A program made the translations under genes and the position numbers. From the sequence record SRR20825019_53: a DNA stretch of 47,722 bases; one strand, given 5' to 3'. The number at the start of each line of letters is the position of its first letter. The first letter of the stretch is position 1. The notes under the pieces were generated by a model. That model saw only the letters and a list, made by a program, of their open reading frames with translations, was not told where the DNA came from and searched no databases. Shown here piece after piece: positions 10,330-21,148 of this stretch.

Positions 10330-11384
10330 AAATATTTTTTTATATTGTTAACATAATTTACCAATAATGATTTTTTTTCCTTTTTTAAGTCTTTAGAATT
10401 ATTTGTTAGTATATCTAAAGAAGATAAAAAATGATAAGTAAAATCAATTAAAGGTAGTTTGATTTTGAGTTTAGTTAGATAATTATAAATGTAAGTAAGA
10501 TTTTCTTTTCCTTCTACTGAGTTATTTTCAACTATATTATCTTTTTCTGTAGAATTATCATTAATAATATTAGTAGCAATATTATATCCATACTTAAAAT
10601 TTCTAGTTTTTTTGCTAGATGAAGATAAGATTAAATCTGCATATAATATATTTAAAACATCTTTAATTTCATCTTTGTTATTATTAATATTACTTTTAAG
10701 CATATTAATTTCATCAATTCCTTTAGCGATTATGCATGATATGGCATTTTCTCCCATATTAAAACCTTGAAAAATACCAGCAGCAATTGATATGATATTT
10801 TTCATAACAGATGCAATTTGTACTAAAGTTAGTTGAGTTGAAGTGATAATGTTAAAATTATCATTACTTAGTAATTTTTTTAGAATTTTAGAGGTATTTT
10901 CATTGTTGCTAGCGATTACTGCTTTTGTAAACAAGTTTTTTGCTAGTTCATCAGCAAGATTAGGTCCTGAGATGAATGCAACAGAATCTTTTTTTAATGT
11001 TTTAATAGTTGTATCTGTAAGTAACTTATTATTTTCATTAATAGCTTTTGTTGCTATTAATATTATAGCTTTTAAATTGATATGTGACTTAATTTCAAGA
11101 AGCGTTTTTGTAAAATATGGCGAAGCTACTGATATGACAATTATATCAAGATTGGATAATTTCTTATAATCTAAAGATGCTTTTATTTTTTTTGGTAATA
11201 ATATTCCAGGTAGGGATAAGTTATTTGTATTATTTGAATTAATATCATCTATTTTATTTTTATTTTTTGAAAATAAAATTATTGATTGAATATATTTTGA
11301 TTTTGCAAAAATGCTTGCAAGAGCAGTACCAAATTTACCTGCTCCTATTATTCCAGCCTTGTATAAGTCATATGCTTTACTCAT
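10326..11384 (-). CDS. gpsA: NAD(P)H-dependent glycerol-3-phosphate dehydrogenase
   Basis: IIGAGKFGTALA, ATK, SGPNLA.E, KNIISIAAG, DLIL...RN. Confidence 0.93.
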   Translation of the reverse strand: MSKAYDLYKAGIIGAGKFGTALASIFAKSKYIQSIILFSKNKNKIDDINSNNTNNLSLPGILLPKKIKASLDYKKLSNLDIIVISVASPYFTKTLLEIKSHINLKAIILIATKAINENNKLLTDTTIKTLKKDSVAFISGPNLADELAKNLFTKAVIASNNENTSKILKKLLSNDNFNIITSTQLTLVQIASVMKNIISIAAGIFQGFNMGENAISCIIAKGIDEINMLKSNINNNKDEIKDVLNILYADLILSSSSKKTRNFKYGYNIATNIINDNSTEKDNIVENNSVEGKENLTYIYNYLTKLKIKLPLIDFTYHFLSSLDILTNNSKDLKKEKKSLLVNYVNNIKKYL

Positions 11385-12621
11385 ATAACTCAGCTTTCAT
11401 ATGGTTAATATTATAATCTCTCAGTTTTGCTTTAACTATTTTTCCTGGTGTAACGTCACAATCAAATTTAACTTTGATAAAATTTTCTGTATGACCCATA
11501 TTAGATTTTTCTGTAAGAACATTAACAGTTTGGTTAATATGTTTTTTATAAAATTTCTCTTTAGCAAGTTCACCTTCTTTAATAAGAAGTTTGGCTCTTT
11601 CTTTACGAATTTCTTGATCTATCTGGGGCATTCTAGATGCTGGTGTATTATCTCTTTCTGAATAAGGAAAAACATGAAGATATTGTAAATCTGCTTCATC
11701 TACTAATGAGCATGAATTTAAAAACATTTCATGAGTTTCAGTCGGAAAGCCTACAATAATATCTGCTCCAAGTGCTACTTCTGGTCTAATAGATTTAATT
11801 TTGTTAGCAAATTCAATTACTTTTTCTCTATTATGTCGTCTTTTCATTATTTTTAGGATCTTATTATCACCTGATTGAAGACTTATATGAAAGTGTGGCA
11901 TTAATATTTTGCAATTAGACATTAAATCAAAAAGCCCTTCATCTATTTCAGCAACATCAATGGATGATAATCTTAGCCTTTTTAATTCAGGTACTAGTCT
12001 TAATAACCTTTCTATTAACTCAGCAAGAGTAGGTGAACCTGGAAGGTCTTTACCATAATCTGAAATATCAACACCTGTAAAAACAATTTCTTTAAAGCCT
12101 TTATCAAGTAATAATTTTACATGATCAACAATTACTCCGACCGGAACTGATCTATTATTCCCTCTTGCATAAGGTATTATACAAAATGCGCATCTATGAT
12201 TACAGCCATTTTGTATTTGTATAAATGCTCTTGATTTACCAGAATAATCAGTAACTAAATGATGAGCGGTTTCTTTAAGTGACATTATGTCGCTTACTAT
12301 TACTTTTTGTGAGATATTATAGTTTTCTTTTAAAAGTTTTTCTTGATTCCCAAGTACTTTATAAACTTCTTGCATATTTCCAAAACTTTCTGGATCTATT
12401 TGAGCTGCACAACCTGTGACTATTATTTTTGAGTCTGGATTTTTATTTTTAATTTTTTTAATAGCTTTAATAGCTTCTTTATGTGCTTGTTGAGTAACAG
12501 TACAAGTATTAACTACATGTATATTTTCTTCATTTAAACTACTAATATGATTTTTAATAATTTCACTTTCAAAAATATTTAATCTACATCCAAATGTTGT
12601 GATTTTATCATCTTTATTCAT
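11377..12621 (-). CDS. mtaB: tRNA t6A37 methylthiotransferase MtaB (start moved to ATG 12621)
   Basis: TFGCRLN.FES, NTCTVT, TGCAAQ, radical SAM CNHRCAFC, HVFPYS.R; follows dapF. Confidence 0.95.
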   Translation of the reverse strand: MNKDDKITTFGCRLNIFESEIIKNHISSLNEENIHVVNTCTVTQQAHKEAIKAIKKIKNKNPDSKIIVTGCAAQIDPESFGNMQEVYKVLGNQEKLLKENYNISQKVIVSDIMSLKETAHHLVTDYSGKSRAFIQIQNGCNHRCAFCIIPYARGNNRSVPVGVIVDHVKLLLDKGFKEIVFTGVDISDYGKDLPGSPTLAELIERLLRLVPELKRLRLSSIDVAEIDEGLFDLMSNCKILMPHFHISLQSGDNKILKIMKRRHNREKVIEFANKIKSIRPEVALGADIIVGFPTETHEMFLNSCSLVDEADLQYLHVFPYSERDNTPASRMPQIDQEIRKERAKLLIKEGELAKEKFYKKHINQTVNVLTEKSNMGHTENFIKVKFDCDVTPGKIVKAKLRDYNINHMKAELYE

Positions 12622-13423
12622 AAAAAAATAACCCATCAATTACTTTTTTAGTATTTCCAGACATTTTTATAGAATTATTAGTATAATGCATATTTAAATA
12701 TCCAAGTTCAAAATATACTTTGGATTTTTCTTTTACAAAGCCCATTTTATGAGCAGCTATAAAACTAGCGCAAGCACCGCTACCGCATGATAATGTAAAG
12801 CCTACACCTCTTTCCCATACTTTAAGAAATATATCCTCATTATGTATTTCTACAAAATTAACATTTACTCCATCTTTAAATAATCTGCTTTGTACAATTT
12901 TATTACCAAGAATTTTTTTATCTTGATATGTTAAATTTTCACTAAATATTACTAAGTGAGGATTTCCCATATCTACACATATTAGATCTTTAGGTTTAAG
13001 TTCATATTCAGAAGCTAATTCCCATAAAGAAGTTAAGTTTGGCATCCATTCTTTATCAAAACTGGCTGATTTTATTATTACTTCTGCTTTATTATTAGAT
13101 ATATATTTAGTTACTACAATATTATCATGAACAAATAATTGTGATTCTTTTATGTTGTATTTATTATAAATTATTTCTGCTAAACAAAGAGAGGCATTCC
13201 CGCAAGCTAGGGCTTCTGAGCCTGATGAATTAAATATATGCATATCAAATTCAGATTTTATATTTCTTTTTTTATATAGTATAAACTGATCGCAGCCTAT
13301 GCCTGTTTTGTAGTTTGATGCTTCTTTAACAAGCTTGTTAATATCAATATTTTTTATATTAGATTTATCTATTATGATAAAATCATTACCAAGGCTGTGA
13401 CATTTATAAAAAGGAATTTGCAT
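12614..13423 (-). CDS. dapF: diaminopimelate epimerase
   Basis: K.H.LGNDF, GIGCDQ, ACGNA, MGNPH, VWERG.G.T.SCGSGA. Confidence 0.97.
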   Translation of the reverse strand: MQIPFYKCHSLGNDFIIIDKSNIKNIDINKLVKEASNYKTGIGCDQFILYKKRNIKSEFDMHIFNSSGSEALACGNASLCLAEIIYNKYNIKESQLFVHDNIVVTKYISNNKAEVIIKSASFDKEWMPNLTSLWELASEYELKPKDLICVDMGNPHLVIFSENLTYQDKKILGNKIVQSRLFKDGVNVNFVEIHNEDIFLKVWERGVGFTLSCGSGACASFIAAHKMGFVKEKSKVYFELGYLNMHYTNNSIKMSGNTKKVIDGLFFYE

Positions 13424-13494
13424 AATATATGTTAATATTCTTTAAAAAAAGCATTTTATATCTATTTTTATCTAGTCTAGCAATAATTTATTGT

Positions 13495-14502
13495 TTAACT
13501 GATATTATTTTTATTTTCTAAAAGATTTATTTCTTTAAATATTTTATTTAGAGTTTTTTTAATATTAAGATTTAATTCTGATGAGATGATTATAGGAGTT
13601 AATTTAGTTTCTTCTTTAAAAATCTCTTTTAGAGTATTAGCATATTCATCATCTACAAGATCTGATTTAGTTAAGCAAATTATTTCTTTTTTTTCAGTAA
13701 GAGATTTTGAGAAATTGAGTAATTCAGATCTAATTTTTCTATAATTATCAATTATATCACTACTTGTAATATCTATAAGATGTAGAATTATTTTACATCT
13801 TTCTATGTGTTTTAAGAATTTGGTGCCAAGACCTATACCTTTATGAGCACCTTCAATTAATCCAGGGATATCTGAAAGAAGTACTTCTTGTCCGTTTAGT
13901 TCAGCAACTCCTAATTTGGGAGATAATGTTGAAAATGGATATGAAGCAATTTTAGGTCTTGCATTAGTAACTTTTGAGATAAAAGTTGACTTACCTGAAT
14001 TAGGAAATCCAATAATACCGCAATCAGAAAACATTTTTAGTTTTAACCAAATCCATATCTCATCTCCTTTTTGTCCAGTTTGAGCATATTGGGGCGCTTG
14101 GTTTACAGATGTTTTAAAATGAGCATTGCCAAGGCCACCTTGTCCGCCTTCTAGTAATAAATATTCTTGATCATTTTTAATAAAATCAAAAATTAAGTTA
14201 CCTTGGTCTGATATGAGTTGGGTACCTACTGGAACATATAATATGAGATTTTCACCTGAAGAACCTGTTTTGTTATTACCAGATCCATGTTTGCCGCTTT
14301 CCGCTTTAAAATGATGTTTATATCTATAACTTATAAGACTGCTTATATTTTGATCTGATTTAATTATTACATCACCCCCATTTCCACCATTTCCACCATT
14401 AGGGCCTCCGTATGGAATGAATTTTTCTCTTCTAAAGCTTCTACATCCATTTCCACCATTTCCACTTTTAATGTTAATTTTTACTTCATCTATTAGTTGC
14501 AT
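13495..14502 (-). CDS. obgE: GTPase ObgE
   Basis: Gly-rich Obg fold (FRREKFIP.GGP.GG.GG), GFPNSGKS, YPFST, DIPGLI.GA, TKSD. Confidence 0.98.
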   Translation of the reverse strand: MQLIDEVKINIKSGNGGNGCRSFRREKFIPYGGPNGGNGGNGGDVIIKSDQNISSLISYRYKHHFKAESGKHGSGNNKTGSSGENLILYVPVGTQLISDQGNLIFDFIKNDQEYLLLEGGQGGLGNAHFKTSVNQAPQYAQTGQKGDEIWIWLKLKMFSDCGIIGFPNSGKSTFISKVTNARPKIASYPFSTLSPKLGVAELNGQEVLLSDIPGLIEGAHKGIGLGTKFLKHIERCKIILHLIDITSSDIIDNYRKIRSELLNFSKSLTEKKEIICLTKSDLVDDEYANTLKEIFKEETKLTPIIISSELNLNIKKTLNKIFKEINLLENKNNIS

Positions 14503-14535
14503 CTTCGTATTTTTACTAAAAATTTTACAGAATAT

Positions 14536-15264
14536 TTAAATTTTAGATATGCTTGCTATATAATTTACTTTAGTATTTTGAGACAAGCTCCACTTATTTT
14601 TAAATATATTGTAGCTTATACCATTTATTTTTTTAACTTCTAGTCCATATTCTTTGAAATATCTATTTAGTTCTGAAGGTTTTACAAATTTTTCATATTG
14701 ATGGGTATTTTTAGGAGCCATTTTTAGAATATTTTCTGCAGCTATTATAGCAAGTAAGTAAGAAATATAGTTTCTATTAATAGTAGAAATTATAACTAAA
14801 CCATTTTTATTTAATAATTTTGAGATTGACATGCAAAAGAGCTCAATATCTGAAACATGTTCAATAACTTCAAGGCAAATTACTACATCATATTGATTGC
14901 CATTTTTTGCATAAGCTTCAGGTGTATTACAGACAAAATTTATTTTTAAGTTTTCAGATTTAGCATATTTTTTTGCTTCAATGATGGCTTCTTTAGATGC
15001 ATCAATTGCTGTTAGATCTGCATTTAATCGAGCAAGTGGTATGGATGCAATTCCTCCACCACATCCTATATCTATGAATTTCAGTCCTTTATAGAAATTA
15101 TTATTATTTTTAATATTAAAGTGGTTTAAAACTGATTTTTTTATAAAGTCTAGCCTTGATTCATTCATATTATGAAGTTGACTAAATGATTTATCTTCAC
15201 TTATCCAGTCATTAGCAAGTTTAGAAAATTTTGATATTTCAGATTCTGAATCTGTTTTTTGCAT
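14536..15264 (-). CDS. ubiG: ubiquinone biosynthesis O-methyltransferase
   Basis: EI.KF..LA..W, DIGCGGG, LEVIEHV, STINR, TH.Y.KF.KP.EL, VNY; divergent from lysC. Confidence 0.95.
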   Translation of the reverse strand: MQKTDSESEISKFSKLANDWISEDKSFSQLHNMNESRLDFIKKSVLNHFNIKNNNNFYKGLKFIDIGCGGGIASIPLARLNADLTAIDASKEAIIEAKKYAKSENLKINFVCNTPEAYAKNGNQYDVVICLEVIEHVSDIELFCMSISKLLNKNGLVIISTINRNYISYLLAIIAAENILKMAPKNTHQYEKFVKPSELNRYFKEYGLEVKKINGISYNIFKNKWSLSQNTKVNYIASISKI

Positions 15265-15380
15265 ATTAAATAGATGCTTAAATTATTGGTTTAAAGTAGT
15301 ATATATTATTAATTGTTTGATTCAAAATCAATAGTTGATAGAATGCCGCTTTTTAAATTAGGAAAAAATCTTAATATAAA

Positions 15381-16559
15381 GTGGAAATAATAATATTAAA
15401 ATTTGGCGGAACTTCACTTGCAGATATAAATTGCATTAAGAAGGTAGCAAATATTATCAAAAATAGATCAAAATATTGCATGCCTGTGATAGTAGTTTCT
15501 GCTATGTCTGGATCAACTAATAAATTACTTACTTTTTGTAAGGATATATTAGAAAAAAACAATGAAAATATAGCAATGGAATATGATGTTGCTATGTCTA
15601 GTGGTGAGATTGTATCAGCTGCACTTTTAAGTATTGCCCTTCAATCGATAGGTCTTTCATCAAGATCCCTTCAGTCATGGCAGGTAGCAGTCAATGTAGA
15701 TGAATTTTTTTCTCAAGCTAGAATAAAAGATATTGAAGTTAGAAATATAAAAAATCTACTGAGTAAGGGAATCATACCTGTAATTACTGGATATTATGGT
15801 ATAAATGAATTTAATCAAATAGCAACTCTAGGGAGAGGAGGCTCTGATACTTCAGCTCTTGGAATTGCTGCAGCTCTTGGTTGTAAATCTTGTGAGATAT
15901 ATACAGATGTTAATGGTATATTTGATATAGACCCGAGATATTCAAAATATGCTTCATTGGTTACTACTATTTCTTATGAAGAATGTTTGGAGTTTTCATC
16001 TTTAGGTGCAAAGGTTATACATCAAAGGGCAGTAAAGATTGCAATGAAAAACAATATTGATATTAAGATATTAAATACTTTTGATAATAAAATAGGTACA
16101 GTTATAACAAATAGTAAAAATATTATGGAAAAAACATATATAACAGGCATAGCATTTAATAAGGATATTTTAGTTGTAAAGATTTTCTCAAATAGTAAAG
16201 ATAGCTATTTAAATATTCCTTCAAAATTTTCTGAAAAAAAAATCTATATACATTCTATTCATTATTCAGGGAATAGTACTGAGATTATTTTTCCATTAGA
16301 AGAGTTAGATAGGGTTAAAAACTGTCTCAGTAATATTGATGAGAAGATTAGTATTAATACTAATCTTGCTATAATATCGATAGTGGGAGCTGGTCTTCAG
16401 GGTGATACTAATTTAATTAGTAAAATTAATAATATTATTGAAAATGAGAAAGTTAATTTAGTAAGTATGATTAGTTCAGAGCTTAAAATAAGTATGCTAG
16501 TTCCTGAAGAAGAAATTGATATTGTAAAAAAATTACATGATCAATTAATCAAAAAATAG
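15381..16559 (+). CDS. lysC: aspartate kinase (GTG start)
   Basis: KFGGTS, VVSAM, TLGRGGSD, IYTDV.G, C-terminal ACT domains (SIVGAG, SELKIS). Confidence 0.97.
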   Translation: MEIIILKFGGTSLADINCIKKVANIIKNRSKYCMPVIVVSAMSGSTNKLLTFCKDILEKNNENIAMEYDVAMSSGEIVSAALLSIALQSIGLSSRSLQSWQVAVNVDEFFSQARIKDIEVRNIKNLLSKGIIPVITGYYGINEFNQIATLGRGGSDTSALGIAAALGCKSCEIYTDVNGIFDIDPRYSKYASLVTTISYEECLEFSSLGAKVIHQRAVKIAMKNNIDIKILNTFDNKIGTVITNSKNIMEKTYITGIAFNKDILVVKIFSNSKDSYLNIPSKFSEKKIYIHSIHYSGNSTEIIFPLEELDRVKNCLSNIDEKISINTNLAIISIVGAGLQGDTNLISKINNIIENEKVNLVSMISSELKISMLVPEEEIDIVKKLHDQLIKK

Positions 16560-16641
16560 ATATCTATTCAAATTTAAAAATATTAACTTTTACAAATATT
16601 ATTTTTTGTATTGAGAAGTATTCTATAAGTAAATTTTAATT

Positions 16642-17094
16642 TTATTCGTATTCTTTAAAATAATGATATTTAATATGAGACCTATTATATTCTGTTAAAA
16701 TAGTTCCTATTTTATCATGTCTTGTATTTATCCATTTTTGTTTTTCACTTTTACTTAATATAACGCTTCCGTGATATAGAGAATTACAAATACCAGTTTT
16801 TAAAATAAATTTTTGTAAGTTCTTTTTAAAATGTTTTATCATTGAAATAATTGTTTTTACGTGTTTTTGAGTATTATTTATTTCAAGTATATTTTGATAA
16901 TGACTAATTTTTTTATTTAGTGATAATAGTTCACACGGGGTTATTAATATATTTATATTATCACTTAGCTGATTATATAATCCATCTCCATAATATTTAT
17001 ACAGAAAATTATTTTTATAGAATATTTCAATGGAAACTAACTCTCTTAAAAGTGATTTATAAGAGTTGATAATAGTAGAATATTTTATTTTCAT
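16642..17094 (-). CDS. hypothetical protein
   Basis: 150-aa ORF with ATG start filling the gap between lysC and the ABC exporter; no recognisable motif. Confidence 0.55.
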   Translation of the reverse strand: MKIKYSTIINSYKSLLRELVSIEIFYKNNFLYKYYGDGLYNQLSDNINILITPCELLSLNKKISHYQNILEINNTQKHVKTIISMIKHFKKNLQKFILKTGICNSLYHGSVILSKSEKQKWINTRHDKIGTILTEYNRSHIKYHYFKEYE

Positions 17095-17248
17095 ATTTAT
17101 TATTTATAGTTAAATAAACATAATATGAAGCATATTTAAATTTGTTATAGGTTATATTGTATTAGACAATAATTTTTTTAGACTAGGTTAAATTTACTTA
17201 GATACTACGTTCTATAAAATTATTTTATAAAACTTAATTCTAGAAATC

Positions 17249-18901
17249 TTAACTAACTTTGATTATTTTACTTACTTTACTTATAACTTCAGACCTATGC
17301 GCAATTATAATGCAAATTTTATCTTTTAGTAATTCTCTAAGATCATTGAAAATACAGGATTCTAATTCAGAATCTATGCAGTTAGTGGCTTCATCTAGAA
17401 TTATTATATCTGGAGCACTTAATAAAGTTCTTGCAAGGGCAATTCTTTGCTTTTGACCTGCTGATAATTTAATTCCATTATTGCTATTATCATGATAAAT
17501 TATTTGTTTTTTTGATTGAATTAAATCTTCAAGTTTGCAAATTTTTACTATTTTATCAAACTCTTCTTTGCTTGCATTTGGATTAATGAATTTGATATTA
17601 TCAATAATTGTGCCACTAAAAATTATAGGTTCTTGGGAAATATATTTTATAATATTTCTAAGCTTATTTATTCTAATATCATGAATATTTGTATTGTTTA
17701 TAGTAATTTTACCAGATTCTGGCTCATAATATCTTACTAATAACTGAGCCAAACTAGTTTTTCCAGATCCTGTTTGTCCTTTGATTAAGTTAAAACCTTT
17801 GCTAAAATCTGCATTAAAATTTTTAAAAATAAAATTATTGGGACTTGATGGATATGAAAAACAAAGATTATTAATTTTCACTGTATGAATATTTTCTAAA
17901 TCTTGGTTTTTAGTAATGTTAATTTTGAAAAATTTATCATTTCTATCTTCAAGGTTATGATTTTGGATTAATTGAATTATACGTGAAATTGATTCTAGAT
18001 ATTTAGGAAATGAACTTAGTATTTCTGAAATACCAATTACTGCAAATGCTGAGTTAAATAAATATAGTATATAAGCTGTAAGTTCTCCTTTAGATATTGA
18101 TAGGTTTTTTGAAAAAATAGTACCAATTAATATTATAGAAATAACAATTAATAACATTAACAATATAGTTAGTGTAAAAAAAAGAGATATTATTAAAATC
18201 TTTTTTTTTGAAGATAAGAAATAATCATCATTAAGCTTTTTAAATTTATTAAATTCTCTTTCTTGTAAATTAGATCCATATATAAGTTTAATGGCTTTTA
18301 TATTAATATCTATTGATTCTAATATTTTCGAGAATTTAAGAATTGAGTTTGATGATATATTTTTTAAAGATTTAAATAGATAAAAAAATGGTATTGTTGA
18401 AATTATTATTCCTAAACTCATTATTAATGTAAGTTTTATATTTATAATTAACATCATTATTATAGATGAGGTTAATAATAGAATGTTTCTAGATAAATAT
18501 GAAAAGCATTCTACTATTATATTTTTAAGATGAACTGGCGAGCTATTAAATATATCTAAAATTTCTGATGATTTTAATTCTTCAAAATTTTGTATTTTCA
18601 TTTTTAGTATTTGATTTAAAGCTTGGTTTCTTATTTGTAGAATTATTCTTTCAGATATTAGATTTACTTTGTATGATCTAATAAAGCTTGCAACACTAAA
18701 AAAGATAATAATTAGGAGTAGTTTTAAAAGAGTATATATAGTTTTTGATTCTTCATTTGAATCAATTAATATTTTAATTTCATTGATAAAAAATAAAAAA
18801 GAAATTGCTATAGATATTATTGCAATAATTGATGTTACTATATCAGATGATTCATTTTTAATATAAGGCTTTAGAATTTTTAATGCGCTTATTTTTTTCA
18901 T
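17249..18901 (-). CDS. ABC exporter, fused permease/ATPase (MsbA/MdlB-like)
   Basis: N-terminal TM domain; GQTGSGKT, SQEP, LSAGQKQR, ILDEAT, IAHR. Confidence 0.92.
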   Translation of the reverse strand: MKKISALKILKPYIKNESSDIVTSIIAIISIAISFLFFINEIKILIDSNEESKTIYTLLKLLLIIIFFSVASFIRSYKVNLISERIILQIRNQALNQILKMKIQNFEELKSSEILDIFNSSPVHLKNIIVECFSYLSRNILLLTSSIIMMLIINIKLTLIMSLGIIISTIPFFYLFKSLKNISSNSILKFSKILESIDINIKAIKLIYGSNLQEREFNKFKKLNDDYFLSSKKKILIISLFFTLTILLMLLIVISIILIGTIFSKNLSISKGELTAYILYLFNSAFAVIGISEILSSFPKYLESISRIIQLIQNHNLEDRNDKFFKINITKNQDLENIHTVKINNLCFSYPSSPNNFIFKNFNADFSKGFNLIKGQTGSGKTSLAQLLVRYYEPESGKITINNTNIHDIRINKLRNIIKYISQEPIIFSGTIIDNIKFINPNASKEEFDKIVKICKLEDLIQSKKQIIYHDNSNNGIKLSAGQKQRIALARTLLSAPDIIILDEATNCIDSELESCIFNDLRELLKDKICIIIAHRSEVISKVSKIIKVS

Positions 18902-18975
18902 TAAGTTGATGTCAAAAAATTTTAAATAAATTAATTATAAAAGAGTAATATGAATATGATAAATAGTTATTATTT

Positions 18976-19299
18976 TTAATATTTTTTTAATGTTAGTTTT
19001 ATTTTAATTAAGTTACTTAAATCTTGATTCATAACTTCTTCAATAGCTTTATTATCTTTATTTAACCATTTACCTTTTATAAGTTTAAAATGATGAGGGC
19101 CGCTTACTGGAGAAGATAGCCAAATTTCTCTTACTGAAGGCTGTTTATTAAATACATATTGTCCTTGTTTTGTAATTATATTTACAATATCTTGCTGAAA
19201 ATCGATATCAAGTACACCATCTTTATCGCTTTGTTCAAGATAATTTACAATTTCTTCAAAAATTGATTGTACAATAATTTCAAATTCAGATTCTTCCAT
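18976..19299 (-). CDS. cyaY: iron donor protein CyaY (frataxin)
   Basis: Acidic N-terminal helix; YVFNKQP..REIWLSSPVSGP.HF. Confidence 0.96.
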   Translation of the reverse strand: MEESEFEIIVQSIFEEIVNYLEQSDKDGVLDIDFQQDIVNIITKQGQYVFNKQPSVREIWLSSPVSGPHHFKLIKGKWLNKDNKAIEEVMNQDLSNLIKIKLTLKKY

Positions 19300-19392
19300 A
19301 TAAGATTAATTAATAAAGTTTAAATAGTAGATAAATTGTAAATCATTAGTTAATATAGATATTAAATGTAAATTTCAATTTTTTGATATAGA

Positions 19393-19836
19393 TCATATAC
19401 CGCTTATAAATTTTGCAAAATCGTGAGCTGAGTTAAAATCTTTATATACTGATGCAAATCTAATATATGCAACTTGATCAATTTTTGATAAGGATTTCAT
19501 TATCATCTCTCCAATTTTGATTGTACTAACTTCTTTTGATCCAATTGATTCAAGTGATCTTATAATTTCACCAACAATTTCTTCTATTTGTTCGTTACTG
19601 ATATTACGTTTTCTGATAGCCATTGATATAGATCTAATAATTTTTTCTCGGTCAAATATCTTTTTCATTCCAGAGCGCTTTACAACAAAAAGCCTACGAA
19701 CTTGAACCCTTTCAATGGTTGTGAATCTTGAATTACATTTAGGGCATGACCTTCTTCTTCTTATGCAAGTAAGATCATTATTCCCCCTTGAGTCTCTTAC
19801 ATATGTTTCAAAATGTCCACACGAACTACATTTCAT
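19393..19836 (-). CDS. nrdR: transcriptional repressor NrdR
   Basis: MKC..C, V.DSR, IRRRR.C..C..RFTT.E, ATP cone, [10 protein letters not shown]. Confidence 0.98.
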   Translation of the reverse strand: MKCSSCGHFETYVRDSRGNNDLTCIRRRRSCPKCNSRFTTIERVQVRRLFVVKRSGMKKIFDREKIIRSISMAIRKRNISNEQIEEIVGEIIRSLESIGSKEVSTIKIGEMIMKSLSKIDQVAYIRFASVYKDFNSAHDFAKFISGI

Positions 19837-21064
19837 ATAACTTAAATTTTTTGCATAAATTTTGAACTTTATTGATTATAGATTTTTGAGCATCTATATC
19901 ATTTGTATTTTGGCTTAACATGTCAAGGCTATCTGCTATGAGATTTCCAGTGATTTGAAATTCATTTTCTTTAAATCCTCTTGTTGTGCATGCAGCAGTT
20001 CCAAGTCTAATTCCTGAAGTGATAAATGGTGATTTTAAATCAAAAGGTATAGTATTTTTATTGCAAGTAATTCCAATTGACTCAAGAAATGATTCAGAAT
20101 CTTTACCTGTAATATTTTTTCGTGATAAATTTACAAGCACGATATGATTATCAGTTCCTCCAGTTACAATATCATAACCTCTTTCAATCAAAGTTTTCGA
20201 AAGGGTTTGAGCATTTTTTATTACTTGTTTCATATAATTTCTAAAATCATCAGATAAGGCTTCTTTAAATGCAATAGCTTTAGCTGCAATTACATGCATT
20301 AAAGGACCTCCTTGAAGTCCTGGAAAAATAGATGAGTTAATTTGTTTAGAGAGTTTTAAATCATTAGTAAGTATAATACCTCCTCTTGGTCCACGTAAAG
20401 TTTTATGAGTGGTTGATGTTACAATATGAGCATGATTTATAGGGTTATCATGAAACCCAGTTACTATTAAGCCTGCAATATGAGCAACATCTGCAAGTAA
20501 AAATGCACCAACTTTGTCAGCAATTTTTCTAAAACCTTCAAAGTCAACTTTTCTTGAATAAGCAGAACAACCTGCAATTATTAATTTAGGTTTATGTTTA
20601 ATTGCAAGACTTTCTACTTCAGAAAGGTCAATTAGATGGGTTTCTTTACTTACCCCATATGCAACTGAGTTGAACCATTTGCCTGAAATATTTGGTAAAG
20701 CACCGTGGGATAGATGTCCTCCGCTACTTAAAGACATTCCAAGTATAGTATCACCTGGGGATAATAATGAGAAAAATACAGCGAGATTAGCTTGAGATCC
20801 TGAATGAGGCTGAACATTAGCATATTCTGCATTAAATAATTTTTTTATTCTTTCAATTGCAAGATTCTCAGCTTCGTCAATATAACCACATCCGCCATAA
20901 TATCTTTTACCAGGGTAACCTTCTGCATATTTATTTGTTAATACTGATCCTTGAGCATCCATAACTTGTTTACTTACAAAATTCTCAGAAGCTATCAATT
21001 CAATTGATTTTAACTGTCTATCTTGTTCTTTATTAATTATTTTTTCTATTTCTGTGTCTTGCAT
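19826..21064 (-). CDS. glyA: serine hydroxymethyltransferase
   Basis: [42 protein letters not shown]. Confidence 0.99.
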   Translation of the reverse strand: MQDTEIEKIINKEQDRQLKSIELIASENFVSKQVMDAQGSVLTNKYAEGYPGKRYYGGCGYIDEAENLAIERIKKLFNAEYANVQPHSGSQANLAVFFSLLSPGDTILGMSLSSGGHLSHGALPNISGKWFNSVAYGVSKETHLIDLSEVESLAIKHKPKLIIAGCSAYSRKVDFEGFRKIADKVGAFLLADVAHIAGLIVTGFHDNPINHAHIVTSTTHKTLRGPRGGIILTNDLKLSKQINSSIFPGLQGGPLMHVIAAKAIAFKEALSDDFRNYMKQVIKNAQTLSKTLIERGYDIVTGGTDNHIVLVNLSRKNITGKDSESFLESIGITCNKNTIPFDLKSPFITSGIRLGTAACTTRGFKENEFQITGNLIADSLDMLSQNTNDIDAQKSIINKVQNLCKKFKLYEM

Positions 21065-21148
21065 ATTATGTATAGTTTGTTCTTAAATTTATTTATTATC
21101 ACTTATTATATTATTACTATAATATTTATTACTAAAATGTTTGCTGAA

